Positions 18,801 through 30,634 of a stretch of DNA of 52,388 bases are shown here, in pieces (positions within the stretch are counted from its first letter, which is position 1; every line of letters starts with the position of its first letter). Location of the stretch: positions 1 to 52,388 of the forward strand of contig CAVJJQ010000001.1 of NCBI GenBank assembly GCA_963649755.1, read 5' to 3'. A program made the translations under genes and the position numbers. The notes under the pieces were generated by a model. That model was given only the letters and a program-made list of their open reading frames with translations. It made no database searches and was not told where the DNA came from. The stretch is from a bacterium. GTDB lineage: Bacteria; Bacillota; Clostridia; Lachnospirales; Lachnospiraceae.

Positions 18801-19723
18801 AGGGCATCAACGGCTTCCTGAAGCATTCTCTTTTCGTTCCTGACGATGATGTCGGGAGCGCCGAGCTGTAAAAGTCTTGCCAAACGATTGTTTCTGTTGA
18901 TAATACGTCTGTAAAGATCGTTTAAATCCGAAGTTGCAAAACGTCCGCCGTCAAGCTGAACCATAGGACGTAAATCCGGAGGAATAACCGGGATAACGTC
19001 AAGAATCATCCATTCGGGCTTATTGCCGGACTCTCTGAAGGATTCAACGACCTCAAGTCTCTTGATGATACGTGCTCTCTTCTGTCCGGTTGAGCTTTCA
19101 AGCTCCTCACGAAGTTCTTTTGACTCTGCCTCAACATCAATAGCCTGCAAAAGCTCCTTGATGGACTCGGCACCCATTCCCGCACGGAAATGCATGCCTG
19201 CTTCTTTGGCTTCCGTATACTCTCTTTCGGAAATAACCTGCTTGTAAGCAAAGTTCGAATCTCCGGGATCGAGTACTATATGTGAAGCAAAGTACAATAC
19301 CTTTTCAAGTGTCCTGGGAGAAAGGTCAAGGATAAGACCCATTCTCGAAGGAATGCCTTTAAAATACCAAATATGCGAAACCGGTGCTGCAAGTTCGATA
19401 CGTCCCATACGCTCTCTACGAACGTTTGACTTGGTAACTTCAACGCCGCAGCGGTCGCAGATAATACCTTTGAAGCGAATCTTTTTGTACTTACCGCAAT
19501 GACATTCCCAGTCCTTGCTGGGTCCGAAGATTCTTTCACAGAACAAGCCGTCCTTTTCGGGCTTTAAGGTTCTGTAGTTGATGGTCTCGGGCTTTGTAAC
19601 GATACCAAATTCCGGATCATCTCCACGTCTGGACCACTCCCTGATCTTCTCAGGGGATGCTAAACCGATCTGAATTTTATCAAATGTCATCGGCTGATAT
19701 GTATCATTCTTTATTTCAGACAT
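15809..19723 (-). CDS. rpoC: DNA-directed RNA polymerase beta' subunit
   Basis: NADFDGDQM active site, N-terminal Zn finger, [13 protein letters not shown] trigger loop. Confidence 0.99.
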   Translation of the reverse strand: MSEIKNDTYQPMTFDKIQIGLASPEKIREWSRRGDDPEFGIVTKPETINYRTLKPEKDGLFCERIFGPSKDWECHCGKYKKIRFKGIICDRCGVEVTKSNVRRERMGRIELAAPVSHIWYFKGIPSRMGLILDLSPRTLEKVLYFASHIVLDPGDSNFAYKQVISEREYTEAKEAGMHFRAGMGAESIKELLQAIDVEAESKELREELESSTGQKRARIIKRLEVVESFRESGNKPEWMILDVIPVIPPDLRPMVQLDGGRFATSDLNDLYRRIINRNNRLARLLQLGAPDIIVRNEKRMLQEAVDALIDNGRRGRPVTGPGNRALKSLSDMLKGKGGRFRQNLLGKRVDYSGRSVIVVGPELKIYQCGLPKEMAIELFKPFVMKELVGRGISQNIKNAKKLVERLDSQVWDILEDVIKEHPVMLNRAPTLHRLGIQAFEPILVEGKAIKLHPLVCTAFNADFDGDQMAVHLPLSQEAQAECRFLLLSPNNLLKPSDGGPVAVPSQDMVLGIYYLTMKRWVDLSKDSEIESKVVKEFASIDDAKAAVKDLGNGLDINSIIKVNVDPERNRIVTCRLIDMLGRYFNSTNEALLAYENREITLHQPIYVRRSASFEGETVEGIIETTLGRLLFNEILPQDLGYVDRTKKENALLPEVDFHVGRKQLKQILEKVINVHGASVTAETLDLIKATGYKYSTRAAMTVSVSDMTVPASKPQILEDAQQTIDKIAKNYRRGLVTEEERYRAVVETWTQADKKLTDDLLSGLDKYNNIFMMADSGARGSNQQIKQLAGMRGLMADTTGRTIELPIKSNFREGLDVLEYFMSAHGARKGLSDTAIRTADSGYLTRRMVDVSQELIIREIDCSEGRDEIPGMDVYAFMDGKETIEGLKDRIQGRYSCNDIYDKDGNLIVKKNHMINPSRAAKIMKSGIDVNGNPIVDEEGNLNVNARIKVRNILCCRSHTGICAKCYGANMATGEAVQVGEAVGIIAAQSIGEPGTQLTMRTFHTGGVAGGDITQGLPRVEELFEARKPKGLAIIAEFGGVCEIKDTKKKREVFITNPETSESKGYLIPYGSRIKVTDGQVLEAGDELTEGSVNPHDLLKIKGIGAVQDYLLREVQRVYRLQGVDINDKHIEVIVRQMLKKVRVEDGGDSDILPGTMMDILDFEDINEALEKEGKNPAEGTRVILGITKSALATNSFLSAASFQETTKVLTEAAIKGKVDPLIGLKENVILGKLIPAGTGMKRYRDVELSSDNRYEEMMKAMQDAMAEEGAEPATEPKDEDLSEVLPEEVVYEEETAEADDSEE

Positions 19724-19761
19724 TTATGGCGCTCCTTTACAATTCTTTTTCTGGGTTTACT

Positions 19762-22700
19762 TTACTCATCGAAGTCTTCGGAAAATTCTTCTGCTTCCTC
19801 AGATTCGTCGTAATCATCCGAATCAACCAACTCTCCGTCCTTAAACTCCTGAGCAGTGAAGCCGCCTGCTGCTGCAAACCCTTCGCTTTCGTAGGTGCGG
19901 TTTCTTCTATTGTCACCCTCAAGCTCAACACTTGAGAAGCTTGTGTTTCCGTATTCGGAAGCCTCGGTTAAGGTAACCTCGGTGTTATCGTCTCTTAATA
20001 CCTTGATATCAAGTCCGAGTGACTGAAGTTCCTTCAACAATACCTTGAAGGATTCGGGTATGCCGGGCTTAGGAATGTTCTCACCCTTGATGATTGCCTC
20101 GTAGGTCTTTACACGGCCGACTACATCGTCGGACTTAACCGTAAGGATTTCCTGAAGGGTATATGCTGCACCGTAAGCTTCGAGTGCCCAAACTTCCATT
20201 TCTCCGAAACGCTGTCCGCCGAACTGTGCCTTACCGCCGAGAGGCTGCTGGGTAACCAATGAGTAAGGGCCTGTTGAACGAGCATGAATCTTATCGTCTA
20301 CAAGGTGATGGAGCTTCAAGTAATGCATGTGTCCTATTGTGGTAGGACCGTCAAACAATTCACCGGTACGACCGTCACGAAGCTGAACCTTACCGTCTCT
20401 CGAAATCGGAACACCCTTCCAAACCGCTCTGTGAGCTCTGTTTTCTGAAAGGTAATCGTATACTTCGGGAAGAAGTTCATCCTTGTGAAGGCTTTCAAAT
20501 GTAGGTGCCTTTTTATCAAATTTTTCGCCCTTGGACTCAGCCTCGGCCTTAGCCTCCGCCTCATCGAAAGGAAGATTTACATAATCGTTTGCAAGCTCAA
20601 GGGAATCACCGATATCCTTTTCGTTTGCACCGTCAAATACGGGAGTTGCAATGTTGAAGCCCAATGCCTTTGCAGCAAGTGAAAGGTGGATTTCAAGCAC
20701 CTGACCTATATTCATACGTGAAGGTACGCCCAAGGGGTTAAGTACGATATCAAGCGGACGACCGTTGGGAAGATAAGGCATATCTTCAACCGGAAGTACC
20801 CTTGAAACGACACCCTTGTTACCGTGACGTCCGGCCATCTTGTCGCCGACGGAAATCTTACGCTTCTGAGCTATATAAACTCTGACGGATTCGTTTACCC
20901 CGGGTGAAAGCTCATCGCCATTCTCGCGGGTAAATACCTTTGCGTCTACAACGATTCCGTATTCGCCGTGCGGTACCTTTAAGGAAGTATCTCTGACTTC
21001 ACGTGCTTTTTCACCGAAGATTGCTCTTAAAAGCTTTTCCTCCGAAGTAAGCTCGGTCTCTCCCTTGGGAGTAACCTTTCCGACAAGAATATCGCCGGCT
21101 CTTACCTCTGCACCGATTCTGATGATTCCGCGCTCGTCAAGGTCCTTTAAGGCATCCTCACCGACACCGGGAACATCACGGGTAATTTCTTCGGGTCCTA
21201 ACTTTGTATCTCTGCTTTCCGCTTCATATTCTTCAATATGAATGGAAGTATAAACATCATCCTGAACAAGACGCTCCGACAGTAAAACGGCGTCTTCGTA
21301 GTTGTAGCCTTCCCAAGTCATAAAACCGATAAGAGGGTTCTTTCCGAGTGCAAGCTCACCGCCGGAAGTAGAAGGTCCGTCAGCGATTACCTCACCCTTT
21401 TCAACTCTTTCGCCCTTATTTACGATAGGCTTCTGGTTGTAGCAGTTTGACTGGTTGGAACGTTCAAACTTGGTAAGCTTGTATTCCTTCTTTTCACCAT
21501 TGTCCTGGTCGATAATGATGAGGTTTGAAGAAACATAGCTTACAACGCCGGATTCCTTGGCAACAACGCAGACACCCGAGTCAACGGCTGCCTTAGGTTC
21601 CATACCGGTACCTACTGCGGGAGCTTCGGTCATCATAAGCGGAACTGCCTGACGCTGCATGTTTGATCCCATGAGGGCACGGTTTGCGTCGTCGTTCTGC
21701 AGGAAAGGAATAAGTGCGGTAGCTACCGAGAATACCATTCTCGGCGACACATCCATGAAGTCGAACATCGTGGTGGGATATTCCTGTGTTTCCTCTCTGT
21801 AACGACCCGAAACGGTCTTCTTTACGAAGGTTCCGTCAGGATTTAAGGCTACGTTTGCCTGTGCTACGTGGTAATTGTCTTCTTCGTCCGCAGTCATATA
21901 TACAACTTCATCGGTAACCCTGGGATTTAAAGGATCGGACTTGTCGACCTTTCTGTAGGGTGCTTCGATAAAGCCATAAGTATTGATGCGTGCATAAGAT
22001 GCAAGCGAGTTAATAAGACCGATGTTGGGACCTTCGGGAGTTTCGATAGGACACATACGGCCATAGTGTGTATAGTGGACATCTCGAACCTCGAAGGATG
22101 CTCTTTCACGTGAAAGACCGCCGGGACCGAGTGCCGATAAACGTCTCTTGTGAGTAAGCTCACCGAGAGGGTTGTTCTGATCCATGAACTGTGAAAGCTG
22201 TGAAGAACCGAAGAATTCTTTAACAGCTGCCTGTACGGGCTTGATATTAATGAGTACCTGAGGAGTAACTTCCTCGGTATCATGAGTCTGCATACGCTCA
22301 CGTACAACTCTTTCAAGTCTTGAAAGACCTATACGATACTGGTTCTGTAAGAGTTCGCCGACAGCACGGATACGTCTGTTTCCGAGGTGATCGATATCGT
22401 CGTCGTTGCCGATACCATACTCAAGATGCATATTGTAGTTGATGGAAGCAAAGATATCCTCAACCGTGATGTGCTTGGGAACAAGCTCATGCATATTTCT
22501 CTTGATGGCATCAAAAAGCTCATCCGGCTTGTCCGAATACTCATCCAAGATTCCCTTAAGTACAGGATAATAAACAGCTTCGGTAATGCCGAGTTCCTTG
22601 GGATCGCAGTCTACGAATGCCGTGATGTCAACCATAAGGTTAGAAAGAACACGCTCCGCACTCTTTTCCTCTGTCTGAATCATTACATAGGGAACAGCTG

Positions 22701-23673
22701 AGTTCTGAATCGCATTTGCAAGCTCCAGAGTAACCTTGGTGCCTTTCTCCGCGATAATCTCACCTGTTGTGGGGGCGATAACATCTTCTGCCAGAATCAT
22801 ATTGCGGATACGATTCTTGAAATGAAGCTTCTTATTGAATTTATATCTGCCTACGCGGGCCAAATCATAACGCTTGGGGTCGAAGAACATTCCCTCAATA
22901 AGACTCTTTGCGTTCTCTTCGGAAAGAGGTTCGCCGGGACGAATCTTCTTGTATAACTCAAGTAAACCTTCTCTATAGTTAGTGGAGGTGTCCTTTGCAA
23001 AAGAAGCTGTGAGCTTTTCTTCCTCACCGAATACTTCGGTAATCTCTTCGTTGGTACCAAGTCCCAATGCACGAAGTAAAACCGTAACGGGAACCTTACG
23101 GGTCCTGTCTACGCGCACGTAAAAGACATCGTTTGAGTCTGTTTCATACTCAAGCCATGCACCTCTGTTGGGGATAACGGTTGCATTGTACAAACGCTTA
23201 CCGATCTTGTCGTGCTGAATATCGTAATAGATACCGGGGGAACGAACCATCTGGCTGACGATTACACGTTCAGCACCGTTGATTACGAATGTTCCGGTCT
23301 CCGTCATCAAAGGAAGGTCACCCATGAAGATATCATGCTCGATGATAGCTCCGGTTTCCTTATTGCAAAGACGTACCTTGACCTTTAAGGGAGCCGCATA
23401 TGTGGCATCTCTTTCCTTGCACTTCTCGATCGTATACTTGGCATCTTCCCTGCAAAGCTCTGAATCAACGAATTCAAGGCTTAAACGTCCGCCGAAGTCT
23501 TCGATAGGAGAAATGTCGTCAAATACCTCTTTAAGTCCGTCCTTAAGGAACCATTCATAGGAATCCTTCTGGACTTCAATAAGGTTGGGCATTTCCAAAA
23601 CTTCTTTTTGTCGTGAATAACTCATACGTATGTTTCTGCCTGCGGCTACCTTACGTATTCTGTTTTTTTCCAT
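19762..23673 (-). CDS. rpoB: DNA-directed RNA polymerase beta subunit
   Basis: [37 protein letters not shown] at 23673 preferred over GTG at 23679 from SD spacing. Confidence 0.99.
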   Translation of the reverse strand: MEKNRIRKVAAGRNIRMSYSRQKEVLEMPNLIEVQKDSYEWFLKDGLKEVFDDISPIEDFGGRLSLEFVDSELCREDAKYTIEKCKERDATYAAPLKVKVRLCNKETGAIIEHDIFMGDLPLMTETGTFVINGAERVIVSQMVRSPGIYYDIQHDKIGKRLYNATVIPNRGAWLEYETDSNDVFYVRVDRTRKVPVTVLLRALGLGTNEEITEVFGEEEKLTASFAKDTSTNYREGLLELYKKIRPGEPLSEENAKSLIEGMFFDPKRYDLARVGRYKFNKKLHFKNRIRNMILAEDVIAPTTGEIIAEKGTKVTLELANAIQNSAVPYVMIQTEEKSAERVLSNLMVDITAFVDCDPKELGITEAVYYPVLKGILDEYSDKPDELFDAIKRNMHELVPKHITVEDIFASINYNMHLEYGIGNDDDIDHLGNRRIRAVGELLQNQYRIGLSRLERVVRERMQTHDTEEVTPQVLINIKPVQAAVKEFFGSSQLSQFMDQNNPLGELTHKRRLSALGPGGLSRERASFEVRDVHYTHYGRMCPIETPEGPNIGLINSLASYARINTYGFIEAPYRKVDKSDPLNPRVTDEVVYMTADEEDNYHVAQANVALNPDGTFVKKTVSGRYREETQEYPTTMFDFMDVSPRMVFSVATALIPFLQNDDANRALMGSNMQRQAVPLMMTEAPAVGTGMEPKAAVDSGVCVVAKESGVVSYVSSNLIIIDQDNGEKKEYKLTKFERSNQSNCYNQKPIVNKGERVEKGEVIADGPSTSGGELALGKNPLIGFMTWEGYNYEDAVLLSERLVQDDVYTSIHIEEYEAESRDTKLGPEEITRDVPGVGEDALKDLDERGIIRIGAEVRAGDILVGKVTPKGETELTSEEKLLRAIFGEKAREVRDTSLKVPHGEYGIVVDAKVFTRENGDELSPGVNESVRVYIAQKRKISVGDKMAGRHGNKGVVSRVLPVEDMPYLPNGRPLDIVLNPLGVPSRMNIGQVLEIHLSLAAKALGFNIATPVFDGANEKDIGDSLELANDYVNLPFDEAEAKAEAESKGEKFDKKAPTFESLHKDELLPEVYDYLSENRAHRAVWKGVPISRDGKVQLRDGRTGELFDGPTTIGHMHYLKLHHLVDDKIHARSTGPYSLVTQQPLGGKAQFGGQRFGEMEVWALEAYGAAYTLQEILTVKSDDVVGRVKTYEAIIKGENIPKPGIPESFKVLLKELQSLGLDIKVLRDDNTEVTLTEASEYGNTSFSSVELEGDNRRNRTYESEGFAAAGGFTAQEFKDGELVDSDDYDESEEAEEFSEDFDE

Positions 23674-23765
23674 AGACACTCACCCCGTTCTTATGAATTA
23701 ACCGCTTTTTTTAATGCTAAAAAAGGGTACAAAAAACCAATTCACTCCACAATAGAGCAACCTAC

Positions 23766-23794
23766 ATTCTATAACAATCGTTTTTCGGAGTCAA
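23766..23794 (-). promoter_or_regulatory. SigA promoter of rpoBC
   Basis: TTGACT-17-TAGAAT. Confidence 0.7.
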
Positions 23795-23839
23795 GGGGGA
23801 AATTTGAGAAATTTTTGAAATTCAATATACAAGAGCATC

Positions 23840-23869
23840 AAAACGCGTTCCGCAAGCGGAACGCGTTTT
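23840..23869 (-). terminator. Terminator after the hybrid kinase
   Basis: AAAACGCGTTCCGC-AA-GCGGAACGCGTTTT perfect hairpin. Confidence 0.85.
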
Positions 23870-26108
23870 ATACATACTTTGCAATTGTTTCATAAAGAAG
23901 CTTCGGTTCAATGGGCTTTGAAAGGTGCTCGTTTAAGCCTGCATCCAAGGAAGCCTGAACATCCTTTGAAAATGCATTTGCGGTGAGTGCAATAATCGGA
24001 ATCGTCTTTGCGTCTTCCCTTTCCATTGCGCGTATTCGCTTCGTAGCCGTAAGTCCGCTCATAACAGGCATTCTGATATCCATGAGGATGATGTCGTAGT
24101 ACCCCGGCTCATGCATTGTAAAGGCTTCGAGAGCTTTTTCGCCGTTCACCGCCGTCTCGGGAATCATTCCCTTCTTTTCAAGGATTGCCACTCCGATTTC
24201 GCGGTTTATATCATTGTCTTCGGCAAGAAGTACTCTGAGGCCCGATAAATCTTTTTCGGAAAGATTATTGTTTTCTTTTTCCTTGAGACCGCAGACCTCT
24301 ACATTTAAGCTAACCCTAAAGGTCGTGCCCTTGCCCTGTTCGCTCTTTACGGAAATCTTTCCGCCCATCTTTTCCACAATACCTTTGACAATCGGAAGTC
24401 CGAGTCCGGTACCCGAAAGATGTGAATCGACTTCGGTTGATTCCTGCATAAAGGGTTCAAACATGTGCTTCTGGAACTCTTCGCTCATGCCGATTCCGTC
24501 GTCTTTAACGGAAAAAGAAAGCTTTGCGATATTACCTACGCGTTCCCTTTCACGGTAGGCAAAGACTATGTGTCCGCCCTTTTTCGTATACTTAACCGCA
24601 TTGGACAGAAGATTTATGAAAATCTGAGTAATTCGCAGTGGATCGGTCAAAATGCAATAATCGTTCGGAATGCTCGACCTGATTTCAAAATCAAGTCCCT
24701 TTTGCATGCACATGGGACCTATCATCGTATCGATTGCTTCCCAGAACTCACCAAATGAGTACTCCACCTGATTTAATGCAAACTTGTCCTGCTCAATCCT
24801 CGAAATATCGAGGACATCGTTTATGAGCTGAAGGAGGAAATGTCCCGAGTAGTTAACCTTACTGATATAATCGCGCATTACATCCGGGTTGTTCACTTCA
24901 TCAAGCATCAGGCCCGAAAGTCCGAGAATTGCATTCATGGGCGTTCGCATCTCATGGCTCATTCGTGTCATGAACTCGCTTCTTGCATTTACCGCAGCCT
25001 CACGTTCCTTTAAAGCCTTATCAAGCCTTGCCTTTGCGCGGCTCTCGTTCTTAAATGCTTCGGTAACGTCCTGCTTTACTATGTAAATATAGTTCCGTCC
25101 GTTGTCGAGGAAAGAACATTTATAGAATTTCTTTAAGTCCTCGCCGCCTTTTCCTTTTTCATTGATCAGGAAATCATATCTGTACTGCTCGGCAAGAATA
25201 TCCTTCATATAAGGAAGTCTTGTAAGCATCTCGGCGCGTTTTTTGTCATGGCCGTAGGCATGCGCCAGGATATTTTTTTCAACCTCTTCCTCGTAGGAAG
25301 GGTTGAAACGTCCTCTTATCTGATCGGAGGCATCGAACACGAGCGTTCCGTAATTCTTGGTTTCGATGCACATTACAAAGTCGTAGTTCTGCTCGAGTGC
25401 TCTCTTTAAAACCGAAATCAGGATTCTGTCCTCAGTGATGTCCTCGGCCGTGATGAGTGCAAGCATTTCGCCCGTCGCGGGATGCATCTTCACAAGACAC
25501 CCCATGTCAAGCCAGTACTTGTAGCCTTCGTCAAATACGAAGCCGCCCACAACCTGTGGTGCACGCTTTACTCCCTGATTGTACAAAGAAATCATGGCAT
25601 CAGGGTTAAGTAACTTACCCATTTCGCGTCTGGTACGCGGATCAAGCGATGCATCGAGTATCATGTTTCTGACCGTGTCCCACTCCATTCCCTCTGAAAT
25701 AGGGAACAGGCTGTTTCCGCTCACATGGCTTATCCTGTTTCTCGTAATATTAACTATAAAAGAAAATTCCTTTCGGCTTCTTTTAAAACTTCCCGTCAGA
25801 ATCCCGTAACGGTCTCCGACCTTTAAGTCCTTTATGGAATCAACTTCCGAATCCTTCTCTTCAAAAAGAAAGATTTCATCGTCGGTGCATTTGAACCTTA
25901 CATAAAGAAGCCTTGCTATTATGATTGAAAGCGCAATCAGCATAATATGCCCGACTACGAACAGATACTTGTATCTTTCATCGGTAAACAATTGAAGCAC
26001 CAGGCTGAAAAAGATGAGCGCAGTAAAGAGTACTATACAGAACTGCAGTCCGTAAGTACCCTTTTTTGATATCTGCTTTTTCAAAGCCTCAGTGCTTCTT
26101 TTTACCAT
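23868..26108 (-). CDS. Hybrid sensor histidine kinase / response regulator
   Basis: 2 TM, SHEMRTPMN H-box, NLLSNAVKY, DDGIG, GTGLGL, receiver AEDN...LMDIRMP...KP. Confidence 0.95.
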   Translation of the reverse strand: MVKRSTEALKKQISKKGTYGLQFCIVLFTALIFFSLVLQLFTDERYKYLFVVGHIMLIALSIIIARLLYVRFKCTDDEIFLFEEKDSEVDSIKDLKVGDRYGILTGSFKRSRKEFSFIVNITRNRISHVSGNSLFPISEGMEWDTVRNMILDASLDPRTRREMGKLLNPDAMISLYNQGVKRAPQVVGGFVFDEGYKYWLDMGCLVKMHPATGEMLALITAEDITEDRILISVLKRALEQNYDFVMCIETKNYGTLVFDASDQIRGRFNPSYEEEVEKNILAHAYGHDKKRAEMLTRLPYMKDILAEQYRYDFLINEKGKGGEDLKKFYKCSFLDNGRNYIYIVKQDVTEAFKNESRAKARLDKALKEREAAVNARSEFMTRMSHEMRTPMNAILGLSGLMLDEVNNPDVMRDYISKVNYSGHFLLQLINDVLDISRIEQDKFALNQVEYSFGEFWEAIDTMIGPMCMQKGLDFEIRSSIPNDYCILTDPLRITQIFINLLSNAVKYTKKGGHIVFAYRERERVGNIAKLSFSVKDDGIGMSEEFQKHMFEPFMQESTEVDSHLSGTGLGLPIVKGIVEKMGGKISVKSEQGKGTTFRVSLNVEVCGLKEKENNNLSEKDLSGLRVLLAEDNDINREIGVAILEKKGMIPETAVNGEKALEAFTMHEPGYYDIILMDIRMPVMSGLTATKRIRAMEREDAKTIPIIALTANAFSKDVQASLDAGLNEHLSKPIEPKLLYETIAKYV

Positions 26109-26116
26109 ATATTCCT

Positions 26117-28861
26117 TTACTGTTTTTTTACGAAACGGATGTTCTTTATCTCCATTCCGTCCTGGCCGAACAAAATTCCAAGGTAAAGATTGATGCTCAG
26201 TGATGACTCAAGGTCAAGCTCCTCCACAGTGAATTCATTGTCGGTTCCCTTTTTGGAAATGATCTTTTTGGGAATACCGTTTATGCTTAGGGTCATCGGA
26301 ATCTGAGCATTAAGTGAACCCTTTGCACGCACCTCAAAGCGCATTGCAAATTTCTTTTTCTCGGTAAAGCTTATGAAGAGACGGTTAAGAACGCCCTTGT
26401 GTGTGTCGATAAGGCTTTCGTCAACCGTTGTGCCTTCGCTCGCAACTACCGTAAATTCATTAATCTTTTCAACGGACTCATCCTTGGGAGCATTCAAGAC
26501 CTCCCATTCCTCGGTTTCGCCGCAGGCTCTTGCAAAGGCCCTCGTCTTCATAGCTGCGGTCAGAATATGGCGCACGTTTCTCTGAAGCTCGGCTCTTGTG
26601 TAAATGCCGTTCTTTAAGCCTTCCTCCGAATCGTCGTCATTGTCGTTTCTGACTACGTCCGAGGTGACCATGTAAATATCGTTTCCGCCCCTTATCATGA
26701 AAGAGGTCTTCTTGCGGTTTGCCTCTCCGCCTTCTTCGGCGATGGTGGTCCACCAGTCGGTTTCAAGAAGGCCGTCATATTTCCAGTCATCCCTTACGAC
26801 CATGATATTCTGCTCGAAACTTGCGGAAGTATGAGTTCCGTTTAAGATGCCGTACGAGGTCATGATATTGTAAGCCTTGCCCTCTTTAACCGCAATCTCA
26901 AATCCCTTTAGGTAAATTTCACGAAGCGCTCTCTTGGAAATGACGCTGTTGCTTTCGTTTCTGCCTACTTCCTGATTGTTGCAGGAGAAATGCTTGACAG
27001 TGCCGGTTACCTTGCTCTTATGAAATCCCTTAAGCTCGGCCGCAGCCATCTTACCTGTCAAAATTGGGTCTTCGCTGAAGTACTCGAAGTTGCGTCCGTT
27101 CAAAGGACTTCTGTGAATGTTCATGCCCGGTCCCAGGAGCGAATCAACCTTGTTCATGCGCATTTCTTTGCCCATGTATTCATAAAAGTCGCTTACCAAA
27201 TCTTTATCAAAGGAGCAGGCAAGGCACACACCGTTAGGTCCCTGAAAGGCCTTCGTGCCCACGTCAAGGCGCATGCCGCTCGGTCCGTCCGAACAGCATA
27301 CCGAAGGGATACCATAGGAAATCAGTTCATCCGTCACGCCCGCAAAGGCTGCTGCCGTACCGGGTGTTACCTTGGGAGAGCACATTCCCTCACCCCTTGT
27401 CATATGTATCATATCGATATCGGAAAGTCCGCCTATGAAGGTGTCCATATCGATTTTGCCGTCTCTTACATCTTTAAGAGTGTAACTCTGCTTTCCTGCA
27501 TAGGGAATTTCCTTAAGTTTCTTTCTCTCTTCGGATATCCAATGCTCGGTATTGTATTTACGAACAGGTACGGTTTCATACGAAACCTTTCCTTCAATGT
27601 TTACCATTCTTTCAAAAGATTCAGTCGGTGAGAGGGCATCGCTTGTAGTCTCGACCAAGACATTTTCGGAAAGAGCTATGGCACCCAATAAGGAAGCGAA
27701 TCGCACGTCGCCGCCTTCGTACAGCTCATACATGCCTTCTTCGAGCACCCATGAGTTTTCAAAACCCGTAACGCCGGTATCGTCATAGGAAGAAAGTGCG
27801 TTAACGGAAAAAGAAATCGTTACTTCATCACTTTCACCCGGATTTAAAAGCTTACTCTTTTCAAAGTCGACAAGCTCCCTTAAAGGCTTTTTAAGTGCGC
27901 CATCGGGTTTCTTTACGTAAATTAAAACAGCATCCTTACCGGGCACGCTTCCGGTATTTGTAACAGTTACGCTGCATGTAACCGTCTCACCGTCAAAGCT
28001 GATGCCGCCCTCATGCTTAAAAGTCGTATAGGAAAGCCCGTATCCGAAAGGATAAAGAACCTTATCCTGATTGAAGGTTTCAAAATATCTGTAGCCTACG
28101 TAGATGTCCTCGACATAGACGTTCTTAAGTCTGTCTCCGAAGTTTCCGTGGCAGGGATAATCCGATATATCACAGGCAATCGTATCTGCCAGACGTCCCG
28201 AAGGATTGACCTTCCCGGTGAGCACATCGGCAGCTGCGTTTCCGCCTTCAATGCCGCCCTGCCATACATAAAGAACACCTGCGGGATTAAATTCCTTTAC
28301 CCACTTCATGTCGATAATGTTGCCTGAATTTATCACTACGACAAGCTTTTCAAAGTGCTTTGAAAGAACCTCCAAAGCCTTTCTCTCATCGTCTCTCAAA
28401 AGGTAACTGCCGGGCTCATCCACATTATCCTTGTCCTCGCCTGCAAGTCTTCCGATTACAAAGACTGCAATGTCATTCTTCTTGGCATCACCGGCAATAT
28501 CGCTTTCTTTAAGCTCCATTTCGACCTGGCTGAAGGGTTCGCCTGCCCAGCCTACCCCTCTGTCAAAAGGATGGTCCTTGAGCCATTCGGTGTAGCGTTT
28601 TTTAACGTCCTCATCTAAACAAACTCCGGCATTTTTAAGCCCGTCCGTAATGTTTACCGTGTAAGGCACATTAACCATGCCGCCCGATCCCGATCCGCTC
28701 TTGATATAGTCAAACTGCGTACGTCCGTAAAGGGCGACTTTTTCACCCTTGCCAATCGGCAAAGCTTCTTTATCATTCTTAATAAGAACGCAACCTTCGG
28801 CACCTGCTTTTCTTGCAAGCGACTTATATTCATCCCAGTCAAAAATCAGCTTTTTGTTCAT
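26117..28861 (-). CDS. GH3 beta-glucosidase (sandwich domain first, barrel last)
   Basis: EGCVLIKN, YVGYRYFET, YPFGYGLSYT in the N-half; SDGPSG, GRNFEYFSEDP, KHF and TDWW in the C-half. Confidence 0.93.
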   Translation of the reverse strand: MNKKLIFDWDEYKSLARKAGAEGCVLIKNDKEALPIGKGEKVALYGRTQFDYIKSGSGSGGMVNVPYTVNITDGLKNAGVCLDEDVKKRYTEWLKDHPFDRGVGWAGEPFSQVEMELKESDIAGDAKKNDIAVFVIGRLAGEDKDNVDEPGSYLLRDDERKALEVLSKHFEKLVVVINSGNIIDMKWVKEFNPAGVLYVWQGGIEGGNAAADVLTGKVNPSGRLADTIACDISDYPCHGNFGDRLKNVYVEDIYVGYRYFETFNQDKVLYPFGYGLSYTTFKHEGGISFDGETVTCSVTVTNTGSVPGKDAVLIYVKKPDGALKKPLRELVDFEKSKLLNPGESDEVTISFSVNALSSYDDTGVTGFENSWVLEEGMYELYEGGDVRFASLLGAIALSENVLVETTSDALSPTESFERMVNIEGKVSYETVPVRKYNTEHWISEERKKLKEIPYAGKQSYTLKDVRDGKIDMDTFIGGLSDIDMIHMTRGEGMCSPKVTPGTAAAFAGVTDELISYGIPSVCCSDGPSGMRLDVGTKAFQGPNGVCLACSFDKDLVSDFYEYMGKEMRMNKVDSLLGPGMNIHRSPLNGRNFEYFSEDPILTGKMAAAELKGFHKSKVTGTVKHFSCNNQEVGRNESNSVISKRALREIYLKGFEIAVKEGKAYNIMTSYGILNGTHTSASFEQNIMVVRDDWKYDGLLETDWWTTIAEEGGEANRKKTSFMIRGGNDIYMVTSDVVRNDNDDDSEEGLKNGIYTRAELQRNVRHILTAAMKTRAFARACGETEEWEVLNAPKDESVEKINEFTVVASEGTTVDESLIDTHKGVLNRLFISFTEKKKFAMRFEVRAKGSLNAQIPMTLSINGIPKKIISKKGTDNEFTVEELDLESSLSINLYLGILFGQDGMEIKNIRFVKKQ

Positions 28862-29313
28862 GCGTCTCCCTCTTCGGATTCGGTGGTTTTCTTTTTCCTG
28901 AATACCAAAAGTTTAGAAAATACGTAATTTAAAATTGTGACAAATACTGCGGAAATAAGGGTCGTTACGTAAACGTTGATGTTGAGTAACGGTCCGCAAA
29001 CCTCCGTTATGAGAAGGTCAAGAAAGAAAGTCGATAAACGCGAGCCCCAGAATTTAATGCATTCCGACCAAAAGGGCCCTTTTGATTTAAAAACAAACTT
29101 TCTGTTAAAAGGATATGCAAAAGCAACGCCCGAAACCCAGCTTACAATGCTCAAAACCATGGTCTCCATCGCGGTGGGAACCGTGGGGTTTCCGTACACT
29201 AAAAAGTTCCATAAGAATTTACATACCCAGGAGAAAATCGTGGTAGCCACACCGACTATCAGATAGACTATGATTTCCTCGTATTTTTTATAAAGCTCTT
29301 TAATTTTTTCCAC
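28858..29313 (-). CDS. GtrA family membrane protein
   Basis: YLIVGVATT, FAYPFNRKFVFKS, LNYVFSKLLVF. Confidence 0.9.
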   Translation of the reverse strand: MEKIKELYKKYEEIIVYLIVGVATTIFSWVCKFLWNFLVYGNPTVPTAMETMVLSIVSWVSGVAFAYPFNRKFVFKSKGPFWSECIKFWGSRLSTFFLDLLITEVCGPLLNINVYVTTLISAVFVTILNYVFSKLLVFRKKKTTESEEGDA

Positions 29314-29337
29314 TAATAATGCTCCTTAGCTCGTCAC

Positions 29338-30498
29338 TTATTTAATGACAAGGTCTGACCAGGTATCCTGAGGGCAGATGCCGATATAGGTCTTTCCGGT
29401 ATTTAATGTAATCTCTTCGCCATCGGAAAGTCTGTAGAACTTCGTAAGTGAAGCCTGATCTTCTTTTTCCCACTTAATGGGTACTGCATAGCCGTTTGTG
29501 CAATAGTAGCCAAAGTTCGTGGTGCCGATTCCCATGTACATCATGTAGCCTTCACCGTACTCGATAAGAGGAGTTGCATAAAGAATGACATTTTCAAACT
29601 CAAGGCCTCTCTCGTCATCGTAAAGAGCATCCGTGTACTCGTCGTCATACTCGGAATAAACGTAAACGCCCTTTTCTTTGTCATAGGTAAGGGTTGATTC
29701 ATTGTGAGGGAAGTTGGGCTTTATAACGGAAGCTGAGATTGCATCTGTTTCATCTTCCAGAGAAAGTTCTTCGTCGGAGAAAGTAAAATGCTCTCCTTCA
29801 TAGTAATCATTGTACTCAAGGTCATAGCCTGCATCTTCGATTCTCTCAAGGACGCTTGAATATGACTTGCCGGCGAACTCGCCCTTTCCGGTGTAGTGCT
29901 CATTGGTAGCATATTCTTCATAGAAGCTTGCTTTTCCTCTGTCGATACGAGCAAAGCCGCCGCTTAAATGGTTGGTGGCATTCTCATACGAAAGCCACTC
30001 ATTGATGAAATAAGGGCCGCCGTCATGAAGCAAAATTGCATTGTATTCGCTGAACAGGTAGCAGTTGGTAGGACGTGTGCTTCTGATGTTTCCGATCTGC
30101 TCAACGTTCTGCCAATCCTTAAAGATACACATAAGACGTGTGATGCGTCCGTTAAGTGTGGAATTTACCATTTCGTAAACAATGTCCGCATCGGAAGTTC
30201 CGTAATGGGGAAGTGCGGTTTTTTCATTGTCTATCATGACAGCGATGGGACGCTGATCCTTGATATCATTTGAAATCCATTCGTTTGTAAGCTCGCTTCT
30301 GTAGGAGTTTTCGGGAATAACGTTTTCATCAGCCTCTTCCTTGGTCTCCTCGTCGTCAACAGTGATCGGCTCCTCGGAAATTACCAAAGCATCTTCCTTG
30401 ATTGAAAGTGATGTCGACTCCGTTGTTTCCCCCGAACCGCATGCTGCAAGGGCAAGCGTCATAATAATCGCAAGCCCGCCGCTGATAAGTTTTTTCAT
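29338..30498 (-). CDS. DUF3048 family lipoprotein
   Basis: Lipobox LAAC; RPIAVMIDN, ADIVYE, ITRLM, IRSTR, LNTGKTYI. Start moved to MKKLISGG (30498). Confidence 0.85.
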   Translation of the reverse strand: MKKLISGGLAIIMTLALAACGSGETTESTSLSIKEDALVISEEPITVDDEETKEEADENVIPENSYRSELTNEWISNDIKDQRPIAVMIDNEKTALPHYGTSDADIVYEMVNSTLNGRITRLMCIFKDWQNVEQIGNIRSTRPTNCYLFSEYNAILLHDGGPYFINEWLSYENATNHLSGGFARIDRGKASFYEEYATNEHYTGKGEFAGKSYSSVLERIEDAGYDLEYNDYYEGEHFTFSDEELSLEDETDAISASVIKPNFPHNESTLTYDKEKGVYVYSEYDDEYTDALYDDERGLEFENVILYATPLIEYGEGYMMYMGIGTTNFGYYCTNGYAVPIKWEKEDQASLTKFYRLSDGEEITLNTGKTYIGICPQDTWSDLVIK

Positions 30499-30634
30499 GA
30501 AAAAATACCTCGTAGTTTTATTTGTGCGTAAGCACTCATCTATTCTACCTAAATTGGAATGAATATTCAACGCAAACTTGATTATTTCGGGTGCAAATTG
30601 TATCATTTGTTTAAGTAAATGCGGAGGCAAAAAG

